Assembly (NCBI GenBank): GCA_020349025.1
Contig: CP070763.1
Span: 1,811,012 to 1,875,011, forward strand
Reading direction: 5' to 3'
DNA from: Candidatus Latescibacterota bacterium
Lineage (GTDB): Bacteria > Krumholzibacteriota > Krumholzibacteriia > G020349025
DNA: 64,000 nt
Shown: positions 60,334 through 64,000 of the stretch, in pieces
Layout: each line of letters opens with the position of its first letter
Position numbering within the stretch: the first letter of the stretch is position 1
Notes under the pieces: generated by a model
The model's database searches: none
Told to the model about the DNA's origin: nothing
Seen by the model: the letters and a program-made list of their open reading frames with translations, nothing else
Translations under genes and position numbers: made by a program

Positions 60334-60513
60334 ATGGCGGAACGCAAAGTGGTGCTCGTGCGGATCCGTCCACCGCTTTACGACGCATTGCGCCGTTGGG
60401 CGGCGGACGAGTTCCGCAGTGTCAACGGTCAGGTGGAGTACCTGCTGCACCAGGCGTTGCAGAAGGCGGGTCGACTGCCGCCCAGGGAGGATCCCAAGCC
60501 TCCACGGGAGTAG
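60334..60513 (+). CDS. Small Arc/MetJ-like ribbon-helix-helix DNA-binding protein (59 aa), absent from the ORF track because it is under 60 aa
   Basis: Manual translation gives [59 protein letters not shown]. It matches the Arc-like pattern (F/V)xLR(L/I)PxxL...L...A..E.RS.N.E(I/Y)...L. It starts 14 nt after the SPFH stop. Confidence 0.5.
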   Translation: MAERKVVLVRIRPPLYDALRRWAADEFRSVNGQVEYLLHQALQKAGRLPPREDPKPPRE

Positions 60514-60645
60514 TCCAGAGCTTGCGGATGCGACTTTGCCGCGCCTCACCTGCAGTGGTAGGCTGCGCCTCGATTGCCGCTCTGAGCAGAGTACGCGGAG
60601 CTGCCAGGGTGCCGGTCGCGCAGGAGATCGGGAGCGCCACACCGC

Positions 60646-62070
60646 ATGCGGGTGTACGACAGCCTCACACGCGCGGAGCGCGAGTTCGAGCCGCTCCATG
60701 CCGATCACGTCGGCATGTACGTGTGTGGCATGACCGTGCAGGACAAGCCGCACATCGGCCACTTCGTTCCATTCCTGACTGCCGACATCGTGCGCCGCTA
60801 CTTGGAGCACAAGGGCTACCGCGTCGTCCACGTGCAGAACTTCACCGACGTCGACGACAAGATCATCGAACGCGCGCGGCAGGAGGGCACGACGCCGGAG
60901 GCGGTTGCGGAGCGCAACATCCAGAAGTACTTCGAAGCGGCTCGAGCCATGAATCTGCTGCCGGCGACGCACTACCCCAAGGCCACCGAACACATCCCGG
61001 AGATCGTCGCCCTCATCGACAGGCTCGTCGAGCGCGGCCACGCGTACGCGGCACCCAACGGAGACGTCTACTTCCGCGTGCGAACCTTCAGCGCCTACGG
61101 CAAGCTCTCCGGACGCAACGTCGATGATCTGATGAGTGGTGCACGCATCGAGGTGGGAGAGGAGAAGGAGGACCCGCTCGACTTCGCGCTCTGGAAAGCC
61201 GCGAAGCCCGGAGAGCCGCAGTGGCCGAGCCCGTGGGGTCCCGGCCGCCCCGGCTGGCACATCGAATGTTCCGCCATGTCTATGAAGTACCTGGGGGAGA
61301 CTTTCGACATGCACGGTGGCGGCCGCGATCTCATCTTCCCGCATCACGAAAACGAGCTGGCCCAGAGCGAGGCGGCCACGGCGAAACCGTTCGTGCGCTT
61401 CTGGATCCACAATGGACTCCTCTACACCGGCGGCGAGAAGATGTCGAAGTCGCTGGGTAACTTCTTCCTGATGGAGGACCTGCTTCAGCACTACAGCGCC
61501 GAGGAGCTGCGTTTCTTCCTGCTCTCGACGCACTTTCGCAGCCAGGCCGAATACTCCGACGCGCGTCTCGAGGAGGCGCGTGCCGCATTCCAACGCATCC
61601 GTGAGGCGATCGCGCGACTGCAGGAAGCGCGCCGGAGCGCGGGCGAGAACACCGCTCTGGTCAGCGAGGCGGGCAGCGATCTACGCGACACGGCGACGCA
61701 ACTGCAGCAGGAGTTCTTCGACGCGCTCGAGCACGACTTCAACACGGCCGCGGCGTTGGGCAAGGTCTTCGAGGTCGTGCGACACGCCAACCGTTTTGTC
61801 GATGCGGCGCCAAGCGGGCGCGACGCGGCGGTGGTGGACGCAGTGCTCGAGTCCTTCACCGAGATGCTGCAGCTGCTCGGATTCTTCCCCGACGGTCTGC
61901 CCGCCGGCGCGGATGAGGTTCCGGCTGAGGTCGATGCGCTGGCACGCAAGCGCCAGGAGGCGCGCGCGGCGCGCGACTGGGAGGCCGCAGATTCGCTGCG
62001 GCAGGAGATCCTGGCGCGTGGCTGGGTCGTCGACGACCGCCCCGACGGCTATCGGGTCAAGCGCAAATAG
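60646..62070 (+). CDS. cysS: Cysteine--tRNA ligase
   Basis: HIGH motif (PHIGHF), KMSKS motif, and the Zn-binding Cys residues. Confidence 0.9.
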   Translation: MRVYDSLTRAEREFEPLHADHVGMYVCGMTVQDKPHIGHFVPFLTADIVRRYLEHKGYRVVHVQNFTDVDDKIIERARQEGTTPEAVAERNIQKYFEAARAMNLLPATHYPKATEHIPEIVALIDRLVERGHAYAAPNGDVYFRVRTFSAYGKLSGRNVDDLMSGARIEVGEEKEDPLDFALWKAAKPGEPQWPSPWGPGRPGWHIECSAMSMKYLGETFDMHGGGRDLIFPHHENELAQSEAATAKPFVRFWIHNGLLYTGGEKMSKSLGNFFLMEDLLQHYSAEELRFFLLSTHFRSQAEYSDARLEEARAAFQRIREAIARLQEARRSAGENTALVSEAGSDLRDTATQLQQEFFDALEHDFNTAAALGKVFEVVRHANRFVDAAPSGRDAAVVDAVLESFTEMLQLLGFFPDGLPAGADEVPAEVDALARKRQEARAARDWEAADSLRQEILARGWVVDDRPDGYRVKRK

Positions 62071-62177
62071 ACCGGACCTGCCTCGGTCGCGGCGGCGCCG
62101 CGGGCGCGGCTGGCACTTGCGCGCGGCGCGTGGGTATCCTATCGAGAAGAGTGCAAGCGCGCGCAGATCGGGGCTCG

Positions 62178-63311
62178 ATGTTGCAGCGGAAACCTTCATC
62201 GCACGTCGCCCCGCCCCCCCGGGCGGCCGCGTGCCGGCGTCGAGTGCTGGCCGTGGGGCTCGGTGCGCTCCTGCTCGCCGGGTGCGGCAAGGAAGAGGAG
62301 CAGACCCGGCGCGAGGCGCGCCCCATCATTCCGCCGGAGCAGCAGGTGTGGGTGCGTCACATCCTGGTGACGTACGCCGGTGCTTTCGGTGCGGCGCCCG
62401 AGATCAGGCGCAGCCGCGCCACGGCCGACTCGCTGGCGCGAGCGGTGTGGGCGCTGGCCGAAGCGGGAGAGGACTTCCGGGCGCTGGCCAAGCAGTACTC
62501 GGACGACCCGTCGGCTGTCGACGGGGGCGAGATCGCGGCGCTGCAGGAGGGGGATCCCGGTCCGCCCGAGTTCATGGAGACGGCGTACGCGCTCGAGCCG
62601 GGGCATATCTCGCCCGTGGTCGAGAGCGGCTGGGGCTTCCACATCATCCAGCGCCGCGACATGTCGAAGTGCACGGCACAGCACATTCTGGTGCGATACG
62701 CGGGGGCCGAGAGCGCTCCCGATTCTGTCGTTCGCACGCGACCGGAGGCGCTGGCGCGCGCCGAACGCATTCTCTCCGAGGTGCGGAACCCGGACGTCAG
62801 CTTCCCGGTGGCCGCGAGCGAGTATTCGGAGGACCACGCCACCGCCGCCAACGGCGGCTATCTGGGCACCTTCATGCGCGGCAAGATGCACCCGAAGTTC
62901 GACCGTGCGGCGTTTGCGCTGCGGGAGGGGGAGATCTCCGACATCATCGAGACTCCCTTCGGATTCCATATCATCCGCCGCATCTCCCCCGAGCGCATCC
63001 GTGTCGCTCACATCCTGGTCACCTACCAGGGCACCGGACAGTTGGTGGAGGCGGGACGAACGCGCGAGCAGGCGCTGCAGCTCGCCATGGACGTCGCCTT
63101 CCGCGCCCAGCAGGGGGAGGAGTTCGCTGCCCTGGCGCGGGAGTTCTCCGACGACAACCACTCGGCGGAGCGTGGCGGCACCCTGCCCCCGATCCGGCGG
63201 GGCCACACGGTCCCGGAGTTCGAGGACACCGCCTTCAGGCTGCGGCCCGGTGAGATCTCGGCGGTCGTGGAGACGATGTTCGGCTTCCACGTCATCAAAC
63301 GGGTGCAGTAG
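62178..63311 (+). CDS. Lipoprotein with three parvulin-type peptidyl-prolyl isomerase domains
   Basis: Lipobox LLLAGCG. Three repeats of HILV...GGxL...FGFHII(K/R)R. Confidence 0.7.
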   Translation: MLQRKPSSHVAPPPRAAACRRRVLAVGLGALLLAGCGKEEEQTRREARPIIPPEQQVWVRHILVTYAGAFGAAPEIRRSRATADSLARAVWALAEAGEDFRALAKQYSDDPSAVDGGEIAALQEGDPGPPEFMETAYALEPGHISPVVESGWGFHIIQRRDMSKCTAQHILVRYAGAESAPDSVVRTRPEALARAERILSEVRNPDVSFPVAASEYSEDHATAANGGYLGTFMRGKMHPKFDRAAFALREGEISDIIETPFGFHIIRRISPERIRVAHILVTYQGTGQLVEAGRTREQALQLAMDVAFRAQQGEEFAALAREFSDDNHSAERGGTLPPIRRGHTVPEFEDTAFRLRPGEISAVVETMFGFHVIKRVQ

Positions 63312-63360
63312 AGCCTCCCCGGGGGTGCCGCTCGGGGCCCGAGCCGGGCACGGAAACGGC

Positions 63361-63389
63361 TTGACATCATCCGGTTACGGGCATAGTAT
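63361..63389 (+). promoter_or_regulatory. Near-consensus sigma70 promoter TTGACA-N17-TAGTAT
   Basis: A perfect -35 with 17-bp spacing and a 5/6 -10 hexamer, about 255 nt upstream of tRNA-Thr. Confidence 0.45.
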
Positions 63390-63564
63390 GTGCGGTTGCG
63401 AACGCAGGTTGGTGCAGGCTTCGATCGGTTCATCTCTTTCATTTCCAAAGACTTAAGCAGAGTGGGTGGACGAGGAAAGCCCGAGATGGGGAGCGCCCCC
63501 CGGACGCGCCAGGGTGCGTACGCGGAAGTCTATCGAGCGCCCGAGCGATCGCGGCGCCGCGGGG

Positions 63565-63594
63565 TTGACGGGTCGAGAACAGGTTCCGTACAGT
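63565..63594 (+). promoter_or_regulatory. Second candidate sigma70 promoter TTGACG-N18-TACAGT proximal to the tRNA cluster
   Basis: About 50 nt upstream of tRNA-Thr, in tandem with the upstream promoter. Confidence 0.35.
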
Positions 63595-63643
63595 GCGTGC
63601 TTCGCTGCTCCGTGACGGTTCCTTCACGACGACACGAGCTTAC

Positions 63644-63719
63644 GCTGGCGTAGCTCAACTGGTAGAGCATCTCACTTGTAATGAGAGGGTTGGGGGTTCA
63701 AGTCCTCTCGCCAGCTCCA
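63644..63719 (+). tRNA. tRNA-Thr (anticodon TGT)
   Basis: Cloverleaf with acceptor GCTGGCG/CGCCAGC, anticodon stem TCTCA/TGAGA, loop CTTGTAA, T-loop TTCAAGT and encoded CCA. Confidence 0.85.
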
Positions 63720-63770
63720 AGATGAGGCGCGCGGTACCGGATCGGCAGATCGCCACCGGGCACCTGGTTC

Positions 63771-63856
63771 GGGGAGGTTCCCGAGTGGTCAAAGGGAACA
63801 GACTGTAAATCTGTCGCCGTACGGCTTCGGAGGTTCGAATCCTCCCCTCCCCACCA
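63771..63856 (+). tRNA. tRNA-Tyr (anticodon GTA), long variable arm
   Basis: Acceptor GGGGAGG/CCTCCCC, anticodon stem ACAGA/TCTGT with loop CTGTAAA, a long variable arm, T-loop TTCGAAT and encoded CCA. Confidence 0.85.
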
Positions 63857-63943
63857 GAGCGTTCGCGCAGCACCGCCGGTGCTTCGCAGCGCGCAGCGAA
63901 GGTCGAAGAGCAGCAGCTCGGCTTGGGCGACAGTGGTTCGTTA

Positions 63944-64000
63944 GCGGGAATAGCTCAGTTGGTAGAGCATCAGCCTTCCAAGCTGAGGGTCGCGGGTTCG
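63944..64000 (+). tRNA. tRNA-Gly (anticodon TCC), 3' end truncated by the window
   Basis: GCGGGAATAGCTCAGTTGGTAGAGC is the canonical tRNA-Gly 5' half. The anticodon loop is CTTCCAA. Confidence 0.8.

Noticed and set aside
62120-62140. Sigma54-like TGGCAC-TTGCG upstream of the PPIase lipoprotein gene
   Set aside because: The -24 and -12 elements are adjacent (spacing 0 instead of 5), so this is not a functional RpoN promoter geometry.
63593-63808. 71-aa ORF in the ORF track overlapping tRNA-Thr and tRNA-Tyr
   Set aside because: It overlaps two well-formed tRNA cloverleaves, so it is an artefact of six-frame translation.

Overview
A 64-kb stretch of a high-GC (about 68-70%) Gram-negative-type bacterial chromosome, read as roughly 48 protein genes, 3 tRNA genes (tRNA-Thr(TGT), tRNA-Tyr(GTA), and tRNA-Gly(TCC) cut by the window end) and several regulatory sites. 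Long antisense shadow ORFs are everywhere in the track (for example 6336..9758 minus, 16892..19303 plus) and were discarded as GC-driven artefacts. Core genes are interleaved with accessory genes. Core: dnaB, the yicC-gmk-rpoZ-coaBC cluster, ispD/ispF, gltX, ddl, rpmB, cysS, udg family 4, an RqcH-like gene and a NUDIX gene. Accessory: a bacterial dynamin-like GTPase; two paralogous giant secreted Zn-metalloproteases that carry an FlgD/T9SS-like C-terminal sorting domain; a caspase-like (C14) secreted protein; a multiheme cytochrome c; and a fused HExxH-peptidase/TolB-like propeller/Omp85-like barrel outer-membrane protein. The most striking locus is a sigma54 regulatory island at about 14.7-30 kb. 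It holds a sensor kinase plus an NtrC-type response regulator upstream of a minus-strand operon (coiled-coil periplasmic protein, beta-barrel OMP, methylmalonyl-CoA epimerase, cysteine dioxygenase). Divergent from the kinase is a 1506-aa protein that fuses a degenerate Ser/Thr-kinase-like domain, a degenerate STAND NTPase, TPRs, a GAF domain, a sigma54-interaction AAA+ domain and a Fis-type HTH. Downstream of that giant regulator lies a textbook-perfect sigma54 promoter, TGGCAC-N5-TTGCA at 26764..26779. A 14-bp perfect palindrome sits about 160 bp upstream of it, and a palindrome-rich leader lies ahead of a 928-aa secreted alpha/beta-hydrolase gene. Two genes look disrupted: a membrane-protein gene with an in-frame stop plus a frameshift (13728..14692), and the multiheme cytochrome gene, which has a 1-nt slip in an A5/C5 homopolymer. 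A 59-aa Arc-like ribbon-helix-helix ORF that is missing from the ORF track follows an SPFH gene at 60334..60513. No CRISPR array, rRNA, transposase or integrase was seen.
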